A program made the position numbers and the translations under genes. Below are positions 50,901-64,000 of a DNA stretch of 64,000 nt, one piece after another. The DNA comes from Balanoglossus misakiensis (Eukaryota > Animalia > Hemichordata), in contig CM082588.2 of the NCBI GenBank assembly GCA_040954595.2, positions 434,001 to 498,000 of the forward strand, in the 5' to 3' direction. The notes under the pieces were generated by a model that searched no databases, was not told the DNA's origin, and worked only from the letters and a program-made list of their open reading frames with translations. The stretch's first letter is position 1. Every line of letters begins with the position of its first letter.

Positions 50901-53900
50901 AAACATGATTTTGTAAATGGATGGAATGCTTCTAATCACGATTTTTGAGCCTGGGGCGAAAGTGTCTGGAATTCCCTCGTCCATTGTCGTCAACCTTCGT
51001 GCCCTACGGCTGTCTCAAATCATTAATTGAGTTTCCAACTCTTGGCATTGCAGGACTGTCATTCCGTAATTTACTATTTTAAAAGACTTTTCTCGTGGAA
51101 CAGGAATAACCATGCGCGTCAGCGACTAATGTTTGCAAAATGGATGTTCAACATTTTAATGACGAAATTGGCTTATAATATTTTTATGTATTTAGTAAGT
51201 TTACACGGATGATTCTTTGCAATGTGTCATTTTACTAAATGTTTGGTGAACTGTTCATCTCTATAGATACAAAGAATTTATTCGCATCTTACCAAAAGAA
51301 AGTAGAGTTTCTGTTGATGTCGTCAGAACATCTAAGGTTGTAGTGTTCCCTTCGCCACTGAGGTCAACGGTTTGTCTCTTACGCCATTGGGGCCAAAACA
51401 TAATTACGAAATTACTTCTCAAATCATTTCATTAATAATTTATTATTTCTATTTCTTGTTGAAAACGTTAATGAAGTCAAACATGAAAAGGTTGTTACAA
51501 CCGCCACCTTGTATTCTACACATTCTCAATTGTCCTTCATGATTTACAAGTACACAAAATTTGAATATGCTTCTTTTAAAAAAAATTGTTTTGGTAGTTA
51601 GAGTTTTTGACTACACGTTGGCTTCGTGAAACTGATATCCAAGGTTGGTTTCTGCCAACCTTGAGAACAGTAGTTGCAGATATGTATCAACCATCATGAT
51701 GCGCGCTAGCAAGCTCCAGAAACATCATAAAATCCCTTAAGACTCGAAGGTCCCCATGGAAACACGGTAACTCGTTGCATCGACAGGATTCAACTAGACG
51801 TGGTCACAAGATGCGAATTTTTAACTTTGTTCAAAATCGTGCCAAATCGCTGGAAATTCTTCAAGTCTACATCCTTCTAAGCATCACATTCCGAAAGACA
51901 GGAAAATCCCGAAGGATAACGAAGAAAGAGTTATATATTAACGGAAAAAATATTATACTTTAGATAAATAATCATCTGATTGCAACGTTTCCTTTCTGGC
52001 CAAAAATAGCTATTGTTGTTGGCCGTGGTGGTGGTGGTGGGGGTTCTCCGTTTTCGTCCGTCATATTAATGAAACGCAACGAGATCTATTCGGATCACAC
52101 ATCGAGTAAAAGGTTTGGGAAATTTATAATCAAGGGGAAAATAAAAAATAAATGATATTTAAGGGTGCATATGCTATGCACAATAAACAGTTCCATGCAC
52201 AGACAAAGGGTTTATTGTTTATAGCTATAAGAAACTCCCACGTCCAGAAATACGGGCCTTTAAGTATCTGTGCTTGCGAGATACAGTGCGACTATATGAT
52301 CAGTTCTTTGTTCCGCGAAATATCCACAAAATGTCCATATTTTCAGAAATACAGTGTATGTTAACTATTTTCCGTTGTTTGATTTTATCGTTTAGGTCGC
52401 AGGATTGAGTGCCTTGGCAGATAGTGACAGGACTGAAGGACTTTGCGGATAGTGGCTTCACCGCTGTTGGAAGAGAAAAGGAATACAACGCGGACGAGGA
52501 TGGGATTACTACGCGGAGACAGAGAGGCGTGCATCGTTCAAGGTGAGTGGTTGAGTCACGTGACGCGGCCAATAGCTCGTCTGAAGACGAGCACACATGT
52601 GATAACTGTAGTTGGTTTTACACTTTTGTCTTTCACGGGCGAAAAGTAGAGCAACATGTAAAGGTTTAACAGCGTGACAATTACGCGTCTCTCATATACT
52701 CGCTCCTCTTCTAAAACTCCATTATTCTCAATTATTAAAGTCATCGCGAATTCGCGTTAATTGGCTGCGTATGACACAAATTGTCGCGTCCCGGCTAAGG
52801 GTGTGTTGATACGTCATGAAATTGTTAGTTCCCCAACGCGGTCCATAAATTACAGTGCGCTAGAAGAGCTCACCTGTTCTCGGGCGATAAAACATGTCAT
52901 ATTTAATATCAGGGAGAATGAATTCTAACATTTGTGAATTTTCAACGTGTCAGAAACGTGTACCCGCACGCTAAAACCTCAAGGTTTGAAAATTATCTTG
53001 GCGAAATAGGCCAGGAAATCTCTAGGGCTCCCCACAAATTGATTAGTTATTGCCGAATCTGACACTTACCTGACGGCCGACAAAGTTGAAATACCGCGTC
53101 ATTTTTGTTCGATCATGAGACCAGCAAGCCCAACAGTACACTCTGTGTTCCAGACTTAAACTGGAAGTATAAAGCTTTGTTCATTTTAGAAATAGGACAG
53201 ATTTCTAGAAAACTAATGCGAGGAAATACGGCGTGGGTGTATGCGATAAAATAGACGTTTTAATATAGAGAATAGGGTGGCCTTCAAAGAATCTGTTTCT
53301 GTGATCGTATTGGTTGTTCCGACCTATTAACCCCCCAACGGCCCTTTTAACCAATAGGTCGAGGTAGAGTATAATTTAATACTGACACACGACTCGACAT
53401 TATGTCAATGAGGGTGAAATTGAAGTCCACATACAGACGTACACGGAATATAAATCGGGCATATTGAGAAAAAAAGTCGACTGACAGAAAAGGAAAGCGA
53501 TAGCAAATGGAATCGGAAGTCACTTAGCAACAAGAATACATAGGTAAGGTTAAATACTGACTTTGGCACTAAACATCTCAGCCAAGTTTTAGTCGCAGGG
53601 CCATAATTTTTTCCCTAAAATTGAAATAGCAGTTGGATGGTTTTTGTTGAGATTTGTCTTTGTTGTGGAAGAGGTCCGAGTGGTTGTGATATAAGACAGG
53701 AGGGAATTTGTGGAGGCCAGGCAGAGACGTCGATGGCCACGGTGAAGTGGAATTGTCTGCCCAGAGCGAGGGCTAGTCTCCCCTCCGATATATCATACAG
53801 CGATCCTTTATGCAAACATATGTAATGAACTCTGGCAAGTAGTATATCGTACTTCAAGCCGGGTTACTGTTGTTTCCCAGGCTGTGATTTATGTCTTGTT

Positions 53901-56900
53901 GATATAAGCTGGCAACGCCAGAAGATAGGTGGGTTTAGCCGAAACGTGTCAGTCGACTCCCGCTAGCCACTAAGACGTATGCGTGGGAGTTCAAACTACA
54001 GTCATTAAATCGGCGACACATTTTTTGTGGTTACTTTTCGGAAGTAGTGATTCTGATGGTTGTGAAGGACGATAAAATTAGAAGCGCTACATTTGATTTG
54101 TGCCTGTCTTGGGGCAGATAGTTAGTTCTGTGTTGACCGACGCACAAGAAAATGAAATTATTAATGGTTTTATAAGGTGATAGTTTTTTTGTGGTGCGTA
54201 TACCTGCAGCATCGTACATGACTTCAGGTGAGGAAATATTAACCATCAAACAAATCAGCAGAAACAAAATAATAAATCTATGGCCGTATTGTCATGTGTT
54301 GTCTGTGAGTGCACGACAAACTCTACCACCGAGTTTCGTAAAAGGCTCATTTTTATATCAGTAATTTTTTTCCTCCGGATAATTGTGAGATTTTTAAAGT
54401 GAAGCGTAACAATGGACGATGGCTAATAGCAGTTGACGATATATGAGAAAGGCGGGAATTTGATAGATCAAGTAATGCGGGAAGCGCACGCGTGATCGAT
54501 AATTTTGTCTTTATTATCACTACATCAAATAATTTGCCTGTGATCTGTTCTTTCCGGTTGCTATCCATCCCAGCTCTGTACATTATTGCGTATCCAAGCA
54601 TCGGAAGTCATTTGGTTGAGTAGATAAGAGATAGCACAATTTCTCTCTCGTTTTTTGAGACTAAGTATTTTCGATTCAACAAAGGGATGCAAACCTTGCC
54701 AGTGCCAAACAGGCCACCACTGGCATCATGGTCCTCACATCAAAAGCACAGTTTGGCCTCTGTGCATTGGTGCCCTTTTTGATGAAACCCAACTGGGGAA
54801 ACTTTACAGTTACTTAGTTGTAAAACGGGAGTTATACCACTTCGATTCAGTCACTTTGCCGCAATATTATACCAATGTATAGCTACACAAAGGTGAGATT
54901 GAATTCGACCTCTGAAATGCACAGCCTCGCTTTGATCGATAATCAAAATTTAAGATGCCTGTAACACAAAAACTGTCAATCATGATGTCACGATTTCTGT
55001 TCATGTGCTGATCACAACGCATGCATGTGGATCGACAGTGTAAAAACTGGGGGTTGTTGTAACTAGCTGCATCCAGCTTGAGCCGACATCTTTTGTGTCT
55101 CGTGAAATGATCCTCAGTAGAGCACATGCAAAACCCTGGAAACAAACAAACTCGTTTACAGAGAAAGATGATCGGTGCTAGGGAAGAAAAATCTGCATAT
55201 TCCATAATTTCTGTGGATGAACTGCTTCTGTAAATCGAACGATAAACACAACGCGATAATTAGCGTCCAGTGTAAAACTCCACGGTGGCGAGATCACACC
55301 AACAGATGTCGGTGATGGTTTTACTGGGAGGAATCCAATAAAACAGAGCTTGGCTAGATAGATGGATTGAATTGAAGTCATTAAATTAAAACCTGTTCCG
55401 TGCGATAAATCAGCGTTGAAATTGTGTAACAAGACCCATACACCCATTGCAAGCTTTTAAGTTGTATTTCGGTAAAAATGTTCTCCTGCTTGATTCGCCA
55501 CAAGAGACTCGCTTGATCTCCAAACTGACAGATTTGGTGATTTTTAGATAAAATGACAGCCGACACGAAGTCAACTAGTGACGTCATTGCCTTATCAAAA
55601 ACACGAAATTGGTGTATTTTCCTCTTTCTCTCGGTGTGGGTCAAAGGTCATACAAGCCCCCGCACTCATATCTAGTTTGACATGTGTCAACTTATTTTTC
55701 GCTTCACTCTTTAACGTCGAGAGAGCCAGCTTCGATGTTTGGTGGTGTGGTATGCTACTGAGTAACAAAGGAATAGGTAGACAATTGCTTCATACAGGCG
55801 CCCAGCTTCCATCCCTAGCCTTGCAACCAATAAAATGCCATTTTCGGACTTGAATTTCTACTGTAGAGTGACATTTGAAAAAAAAGTGCAGCGGTTTGAG
55901 TACAATGACGCTTCAGTTGAAACTGGCGGCGTGTCGCTGGCTCCAAAGCTTCACTATTCAATTTTGCACGGTTCAGTCGATGAGAGACCGCACCATTGCT
56001 CAGGCAACTATAATTTTACCTCACAATGCGTAAAGGTTTATTAAATGGCATTTGCCAAATGTATAGATATCCACACCAAGAAATAAATCATTAAAAATTA
56101 ACAAATTTGTAGAATAGGGCTGCTGCAATGAAACAAAGTAAATTATATATTTTTAAGTTAATGGTTATCAAACCGCGTCTCCGATTTTAAGCAATGGTCG
56201 AGAACTTAATTCAAACATAACGTTGTGTTTTTAAAACGAAATTCAGAAAGTTGGCCATGTAATATGTTTCAATTGACGTCCAAAAAATCTGTGGTTGTTT
56301 TTCGGAACGGGGCAGCACAATGCATGCGGCAGAACGAGTCGTTGTGTTCGATTGAAAAGCGTTGTTAGGAATACGTGGGTGTTGTCCCCTCGCCAGATAA
56401 GAAGATTCCGCTCGCCAGCACTTGTCTCTACACTCTGATCATAATGATTAAAGACCGTGTTCTTTTCTGAGTCTCAAATAACCGGTCATCTGTGTATAAT
56501 GTATTGGCTCCATCGAGTCCTGGTCTACCATTGGTACCCCGATATCGGTCACAATATCACGTTTGGTGACTAACTGACCAACGACGTAAAAGCGCGGTCT
56601 GGCTATTAAACGCCAAAATTGTTGTAAATCATTGGAACCATTGCTCCACTCGGAATATTAAAACTATTCTGTCGCTTTCACGCTGTTGTATTCTCCCCGA
56701 GATTTATTCAATTGTACAGCCTATCTACGTTTTGTCAAAATTATCCATTTGCCATATGCAGATAGCGTGGGTGTGCTCGCAGAGGCGCAATTACAACGAA
56801 CCAAACACGTGTTACCTCTTTCCTATCTAAATACAGTCCGCTTTCATTTCACAGAAGTTCCCTGGTTTGATCCGCCAATGGATCGTCGCTATCCACCGTC

Positions 56901-59900
56901 AAGCCCGTTCCCCCTCTATCTCTCCCCGGCCAAAGATTTCACGGCACGCTATATGGTGTTCTCGTAAGGGGTTTGATGGGGTTCTGTCCCGTCTCCTCAA
57001 TATTGAGTTTAATGAGTTAAATTGGTCTTTCTCTCGCTTTAGCAATTTGCTAATCACCTCGCTTGGCAGGCGCTTGTTTATGTTCCCTATGAGTTGAGTT
57101 GCTGATTGACAATTTCATGCGTTCCATGGTGTTCTCCGTCCATGACATGAGTGCATTGTAAAAGGTTTGTGACAACTCCGTGAATATGACCGTGTTGTTC
57201 TCAGTCCTCTTGGGTAAAAGGGACCCGAGTCTCGCATCGAGGGAGATCGGTTATCTGCATTTCTCCACCAGCCCGTCATCACTATATTAGAGTCATTTGA
57301 TCGATAACTTTTCGAGAGCAGTGACAGTGAACGAGAGTAAAATAATTTGAAAGACTGGAATCGGTACCACCCTTACTTGAGTCGGGGGGGGGGGGGTCGC
57401 ATGAGTAAGTCTTTGTCAATAATACAGTCCCATGTTTGAAGCTTAAACCTGTCTGACAGCACTGATGTGATAGTGCTACCGTTGAATCTCTGTAGTGCAC
57501 ATTGCAGACCTCTCCTGCCGTGGGGACTTCTTGTTCCCCCCTCCCGTGGGAGAAACCTTCCTCCCTCCCTCCTCCCCCTCTCGTGGGGGGCCTCTTCCCT
57601 GTTGTAACTTCATGCCTTGGGAATGCCCTTTCCCAGTCCGGAATGAAATGCATCAATAGTCCTCAATTTATTATGGTCAATCTTCCTTGACCGAGTAGCC
57701 TGTTGAAGTTGTAAGCAATCCGGTCATGAAATTTGACAGAAAGAGTTGCCATGCAATGCTGATCGCGTATCCATTCTGTTATTCTCCCTTCCCCAATGGA
57801 ACAGAAACAGAGGATTGAACTCGCCTGACAGCCAGCTATGCATATACTCGTTCGGACAACCTAGTCACTGCGTTTATTTTTGTCCATTAATTTTGACTGT
57901 AAATTGTCGACTTGAGACGATATTTAAAAGCAGTGTCCATTTTCTGCGACAACTAGAACTGTTGTGAGGGTCTCTGATGCTTTCCAATGAGTTCTGGCGA
58001 TAACGTGTAATACAAATATGTATATTAGGCAGGCATTGTGTAAAATTAGACGGTGATTTTGTAGGTGGAGGCCTGGGATTGAAGTTATAGTGGATACGCC
58101 ATAGTGGCTTTACGCTGTGGAGAGAACCGCCTTTTATCGCCTGCGGACAAAAAGCGCTGGTCCGTGTCCATATAGACCATTGCTCACAAGCTGGCATCAT
58201 CATCATTCCCGGAGACTAAAATGATTTTCCGTGTCGTATCTTTCGCAGCCGAGATGTGATCGCTAAAGTGGTGAATTTGTGCCTAGTTTAGTTGTATTGC
58301 CATGCACAGGTTGAAACGAGTTTCACCAACATAAGCTTTCGATCCTAGCATCACCAAAAAATATGCAGAAAATTCACAAAAGAAGTCTAAATTCCAAATT
58401 TAAACCTTGGTCAGAATATTCCAACAAATTGTTTTCGATGATGATTAATTTGCTACCAGTTCGTTCTTTAATAGTCTGCTTGTAGCGCTCTAATTGCCAA
58501 ATATCAAGGACTCTAGTACGACCATTCTGATTGGTCGCTACGCCACCGCCAATATCGAACAAGTTCAGAGTAACGCTTACAGAAATACACAGCTCGCCAT
58601 GGAAATGAACTCGGTTTCAGTCACGGATCTCTTGGTTTCATTTCCAGTCACGACACAAAAAAGACGAAAGCACTGAAGTGGGTCGTCAGAATGACTTGCA
58701 GGTAAATAAAATGGCCTGGTTATTGATGATTTCGACGTGTCATTTTGGGCGCGGTGGTTTCTGGAAGTGGCAGCCCTTGTGGCAAACGTTGTCGTCTGGC
58801 AACCTGTTAGATATTGCATTGATTGTTGGTTTTGTTAACGTCTCCGCACTTGCTGTAGTGTGATTTATTAGTGTACAGCTGTGGATGTTAAACATAGGCT
58901 CTACTCTACACCAAATATAACCATCAACAAAACGACGATAATCAACATGTTTTTGATGTTGTACTGTTTGAAACTATGATGGGCAACCGAGCGCTTGGCC
59001 AATTAACATAATCCATCGGCCAATTTTGATATTATATCTCGGCTCTCCTTCCATGTAACAAGGCCTTTGTCTGGAGAGACCGAGTCTTCAACCTACAGTT
59101 TCGCTGTTATTGCATATATGTCGTCTGAGATTCTCTCTTGGAGGTTTTTCAAAAAACAAGTTCTTTAAGATATGGCGATTTCCAAAAATAATTGGCCTGT
59201 CTAGAAACATGAAGACCAAAAACGCCACTAAGAACCATCGCCGATCCGTCGATTCAGATAACAAATGTTTCGGGATCTGGAGTTAAAATTAAATGGTAGA
59301 TATTATAAACGAAACCAATCTGATATATAGTGATACGATACTTGACGCTGAATCTGATGAAGATGACGTGCCAATAAAATCCGTTCGAACCAAAATGACA
59401 GAGTTTTGAACACATTTCACCCCGAGCTGCTCCAGAAATGTCCTCATTTTATAAGTGAACATCGAAACAGTCACAGTTATGACATTTTTCATTCTGATTT
59501 CAGTTGTTCTTTTTTAATACACGGAGTGGGATTTGAAGGCAGTTCTGTACCGCCATACGATAATACACCAAGCGTGAAACCGAACAAAAACCTAAAGAAA
59601 GGAATTGGAGAGAGCGAAAAATATAATATCAAGGAATCTTGGTCCGAGGGGCTCATTAGAAAAAGCTTTTGTGTTTGCAGCCAGCTAATCTTTGCTCATA
59701 CATCGATTGAAAGTGTCTTCCCTATAGAACATGAAATTGTAAGTGTTATAAACACAACGACCGTGAGGTTGTCTTATTGTCTGCCGAAGAGAGATTCCCC
59801 TGGCCTCCAATCTTCTATTTATGGCTAGGTATTGTTCTCGGTCGCGAAATGGAAGCTGCGATAAAATTAAAAGAAAATGTTAATAACAAGAGCTGAGCAT

Positions 59901-59926
59901 GGCAATAGTGCGTGTAGATGTCTTTG

Positions 59927-59961
59927 TGAAGCGAAGCGAAGCGAGGCGAGGCGAGGCGAGG
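59927..59961. repeat. (GCGAA)n-(GCGAG)n pentamer microsatellite
   Basis: Seen directly. Confidence 0.8.
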
Positions 59962-61050
59962 GGGAGGGAGATGGTAGAGTTTGGGGGATGCCGTCTAAGA
60001 TGACCCGGTGTTGGTCTAACCAATGGGAGGACTCCCTACTTATAACACACTATTCTGTCTGAAAAGCTTCGCCTATATTAATTGCTCACATTACTACTTT
60101 GTCCTGTACAATACAAGACCATTCAGTACAATAAGACGAGTCATTTTCCCCGAGTATGACTCAAAGTTGCTATTTTAGTAATAGGACTCGGTCGAAGGCC
60201 TGGATGCCCACATCTGCCAGTTATTGGCTCTGATTGCCAAGTGGTTCCTTCTGGAAAGAACTTCAACATCCAACAACTGTCAATAACAACAAATCTAGAC
60301 AACTCAACTCAAGCGCCCTTTAATTAGTCGTTTTTGGAAAAGAAGGGAAGAAACAAAGAAATTAAAAACAGGATCGAGAAAAGCCTCCTTTAATATAGTT
60401 TCTATTTCTCAAGGGGGATAGTCTATATGTCTGAAACTGTATGCATAGAGCGCAGCTCTAGTTGGCAAGTCACCTCTAGCATCTGGCGGGCATTTGTTCC
60501 CCTGCACGGTGCACGACGTTTAGCTGTCAACTGTCCACAGCGGTGTTAGAATACAGACGGGCACAAACCGCAGATTTTTGATAATTACTTTTTTCATGCC
60601 TAATCATTAAATGCAAAAAGGTTTCACAAACTCCGAATCATTTTTTGCGTAGGTGGCTGCCATACAAAGTAGGAGCGACCTCAGTAAGTTCACATTAAAA
60701 CTGATGTTGTACAAGCTAGGCGGTCGGCACCTGCCGCACATGGAGATTTTCAAAAATAAAATGCTTCTTTAGTTTTATTTGGACCCCTTAATTATAGAAA
60801 AAATCAGTCGGATTCAATCGAGCCAAAAATCGTCGTCTGCTACTTCATTTTTTTCGAACCGCGTTAAAACTCAAAACTTGTTGGCAGAACTTTTTGTAAA
60901 GCACACAAACTTTTTCGCAACTTGTTTCTCTGTATAACAGGCTAAATTTGACGCACAAAGTGGAAAAAATCGACAAAACAAGGAAGAAAATTACGGACCT
61001 AAAATTTACAGCAGATAAAAGTGAATGTAAGGGACAAAGAGTAAGTTAAA

Positions 61051-61114
61051 GGGGCTCAGCCGTTGAAAGCGATCTCGCTGTTAACGCGTTTAGCTGCGGT
61101 TCGAGACACCCACG
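61051..61114 (+). pseudogene. Degenerate tRNA-like segment (tRNA-Asn-like pseudogene or tRNA-derived SINE head)
   Basis: A-box-like GGCTCAGCCGTTG, anticodon-arm-like CGCTGTTAACGCG (GTT) and B-box GGTTCGAGAC. No good acceptor stem. Confidence 0.33.
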
Positions 61115-64000
61115 TTTAGACCACAGTGATTGCATATTCGGTAAGCACGTGCGCCCTACTACACTGCGTGGGATGGCAATTCTTCAGTCTGGGGTTTTAG
61201 CAGAAATTTTCCCGTTTAAGTAATCCCTATCTTTGATTTCACACTAGAGGGTGGCTAAATCTTCTGATCATCTAAATGGAATATTTCATTCTCCAAAAAA
61301 TCCCGAAGATTTGGACAAAGATTCAATCATGTCTGAAATCCCATCAAATCATCAGAAGTAATCCACGAAAGAAAAAATCATATTTTAAAACAGAAAATGT
61401 CAAAAATATGGTTATTATTCGTTACTGGTGAACATGTTGACGTTTTCTGCAATAATCTTAGTAAATTTCCAGCTTCTACTAATTTGGGTCAAATCACGTG
61501 ACTTCATTAATTCGTTAACGGCAGAATGAGATGGAAAAGTGCTTGACTGAGTTCGACAACAATGCTTTTCGACAATAATAGACAGAGATCCAGCACATTT
61601 GACAAACCCTCTGCTGTAGCTCGTCTGGATATGATGGCCATCATTTGACACGGCGGAGGTGATCGCGGTGCTCAATAACTATTCTTTCGGAAAATTTTGC
61701 CCGTATTGCCTGGAAAGATTGGCTCAGATAAAGGGATTTGGTCGCGTAATAACCGGGTTGAATTGTACAGTAGTACTTATTCGCCGTGTCCTGTGTGCCC
61801 GGTACGTAGAACATGGACGGTTTGGCTGGCATAGCCGTCACCACCACAATCTGTCCACATCATTTCATTCGAACCCGCTTTTCAACTATTTTCAAATGAA
61901 GGCATTTATTATAATCCACCTTAGGGGGAAACGCGGCAGATTTTTCGTTCAAATATTTAACAAAATGACAAAGCGCGCATGAATTTATGAAATCTAAATA
62001 CAGAGGAGAGAGAGAATATTTCGCTGCAGAGTATGTACGCTGAAAACCATGTGTTCTCTGTTTGAAGTCAACATGGGTGATTATTAATGTAAACACCAAA
62101 TACGCTTCCAAACGCTTTCAATTTTAAGCCAAGGTCATGAAACTTGTCAGAAATGAATATTTCGCAGTCTTGTAAGCTATCTGTTTACAATGGACACAAA
62201 AGAGCACATATCCCCAGACTGCGTTTCGTCTCAGATTACGAGAGGGAAATGGAGGTCTCTTTTTCGGTCCAGCTATCTGTCATTCCCGGTCTCGCTGAAC
62301 TACAGCGAGGCTCATCACCGCTGTATTGACAATTAAACTGTGAAGGCGGACGTAACGTGCTCAGCGACGGGTTTTTCGCTATCCGTTCTCTTAATAGTAC
62401 TGCAAACTTACGCAACAATATAAAACAATAGGGACATACAGACATCGCGTTCGCCGGTTAATGGACTTTTAATATGTAAACCCGTGACAAGTGTTCTGCA
62501 TGGGCTTGGCATCTCACTGCTCAAAATGACTCCCCGATTCCGTGATATTACAAATGATGCCAGCGTTTTCTGTATGGTGCAATGTCGCCCTTCATTTCCC
62601 GCCACGTCATTCTGTCAGGTGACCCCGTGTGACCCCAATAAGGTAAAGGCAAGAACGTACAGCCATGCCTGAAATATCGGTGTAATTAACGTGCTGCTTG
62701 CAATTTGCCGCTACACGCATTTCCGGTGAATATAAGTTTAACAGCAAAGTCAACTGGATGGATTCGCGGCGTTTATTTCAAAAGGCCAGGCGACACATAT
62801 ATACTCACTGAATAAACTCTACATGAAATTGCTTTTATGTTGTCGGTTTCTGTTATGATGTTCCTGCTGTCAGTGGAATTCGACTTTTTAAGGGAACGGG
62901 CAGATTGCTGAAGCCCCACATGTATTGATAAGCGTGGGTGTGTGCAGCAAATGTGTAAATGATATTACTATGGTAATACGCGGCAGCCTCATCAGGCCAC
63001 AATCACGGACAACGTTTGGTCCCTAAGGACTGTCCATAGTTTGCCGCTGGCTATTGTCCATTCAGCTCTGTGAATAGTGGTAACGGGCAGGGCCGTGTAT
63101 GTTGGTCGGTCGGTCGGTCGGTGGTGCAGTACGTGAACGGGGCCGACGTGGATATGCGTGATGCTCAGACGGTAACTTTACGCTCTGAATCACAAGCTGG
63201 CATCAGCGTCGCCCCGCGATCGGTTTCCCTACACATCGGGAGTCCCTCGCTCGATCGGGGATATCGATTGATAGCATTCCGGCCAACATTGGTCCGATCA
63301 TGGACGTATGGTCCGATCAGTAAAGTGTTGGCATAGCTTTGTGTTATAGTGATCGAGTTCCTGATCTGACATGTAAATACAAGGCATACGATGCAATTAA
63401 AGCTTATTGGTTAACTTGATGTTTAATTTCAACCACGGACTCGGAGGCTCTGGAGCAAAGGGTATTGGGAGCTCTGCGGTCGAATATTCAGATGTCTTCA
63501 CAGATTCTGATATTCGCCGATGTCAACAACAGCAAAAATTGCGTGGTCTTCTGGTCATTAAATGTACTTTGTCTCTCAGAAGGATATTTTCTCAGTTTTC
63601 CCCCATTTTTGGCTCCGTCTACTGGCAGATAACGCATTCCCTGTTTTTTTTAAGTATGAAGGTGACGCAATTTCGCGAGTCAGATTTTACACCATCGGGG
63701 CGATTTGACATCTTAAAAGGGATGAGGAAACAGGCACGTCAATATGGTGGTTAGTTTGTGGTGAGTTTATGAGTGCCTTTATTGGTTAGCGTATCGGACT
63801 GCGGCCTGACGACAGACTTGTTCGGGCACGCGCACGAGTCTGCCATGCAGAACGATGATCCGCCGACGTTAAACACAATCAAGCTTGACCAGACATCAGC
63901 TTCGACCAGTTGTGGACGCAATCAGGGTCTGTTTCCCCTCTTCTCCATTTTATTCAAAAATTATTGTGATGCATAATCTCTTTCCATTTAGGGGGCGGGG

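Noticed and set aside
51640-53361. Short hairpins CAAGGTTGG..CCAACCTTG (51640-51663) and CGACCTATT..AATAGGTCG (53320-53361)
   Set aside because: 9-bp stems without supporting context are plausible by chance in 64 kb.

Overview
AT-rich, intron-containing animal genomic DNA, most consistent with an invertebrate; the taxon cannot be fixed from sequence alone. Two genes lie head-to-head. (1) The minus strand carries the 5' part of androglobin (ADGB): canonical exon 1 at 7737-7801 and exons 2-8 at 4664 down to 1712, encoding the calpain-like N-terminal region. The gene continues off the left edge. (2) The plus strand carries a complete six-exon VTA1 (26111-31610, 292 aa). The main unexpected signal is at 5.5-25.1 kb. 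Besides canonical exon 1, at least eight further minus-strand units each have an ATG, an open frame and a good 5' splice donor in phase 2, which is the phase ADGB exon 2 accepts. They sit among many RFX X-box-like palindromes. This looks like a tandem array of mutually exclusive variable first exons spliced onto a constant androglobin body, as in clustered protocadherins, UGT1A or plectin. It is inferred from sequence and needs transcript data. Positions 32.4-64 kb show no credible coding exon, only microsatellites, a MITE-like inverted repeat and a degenerate tRNA-like segment.
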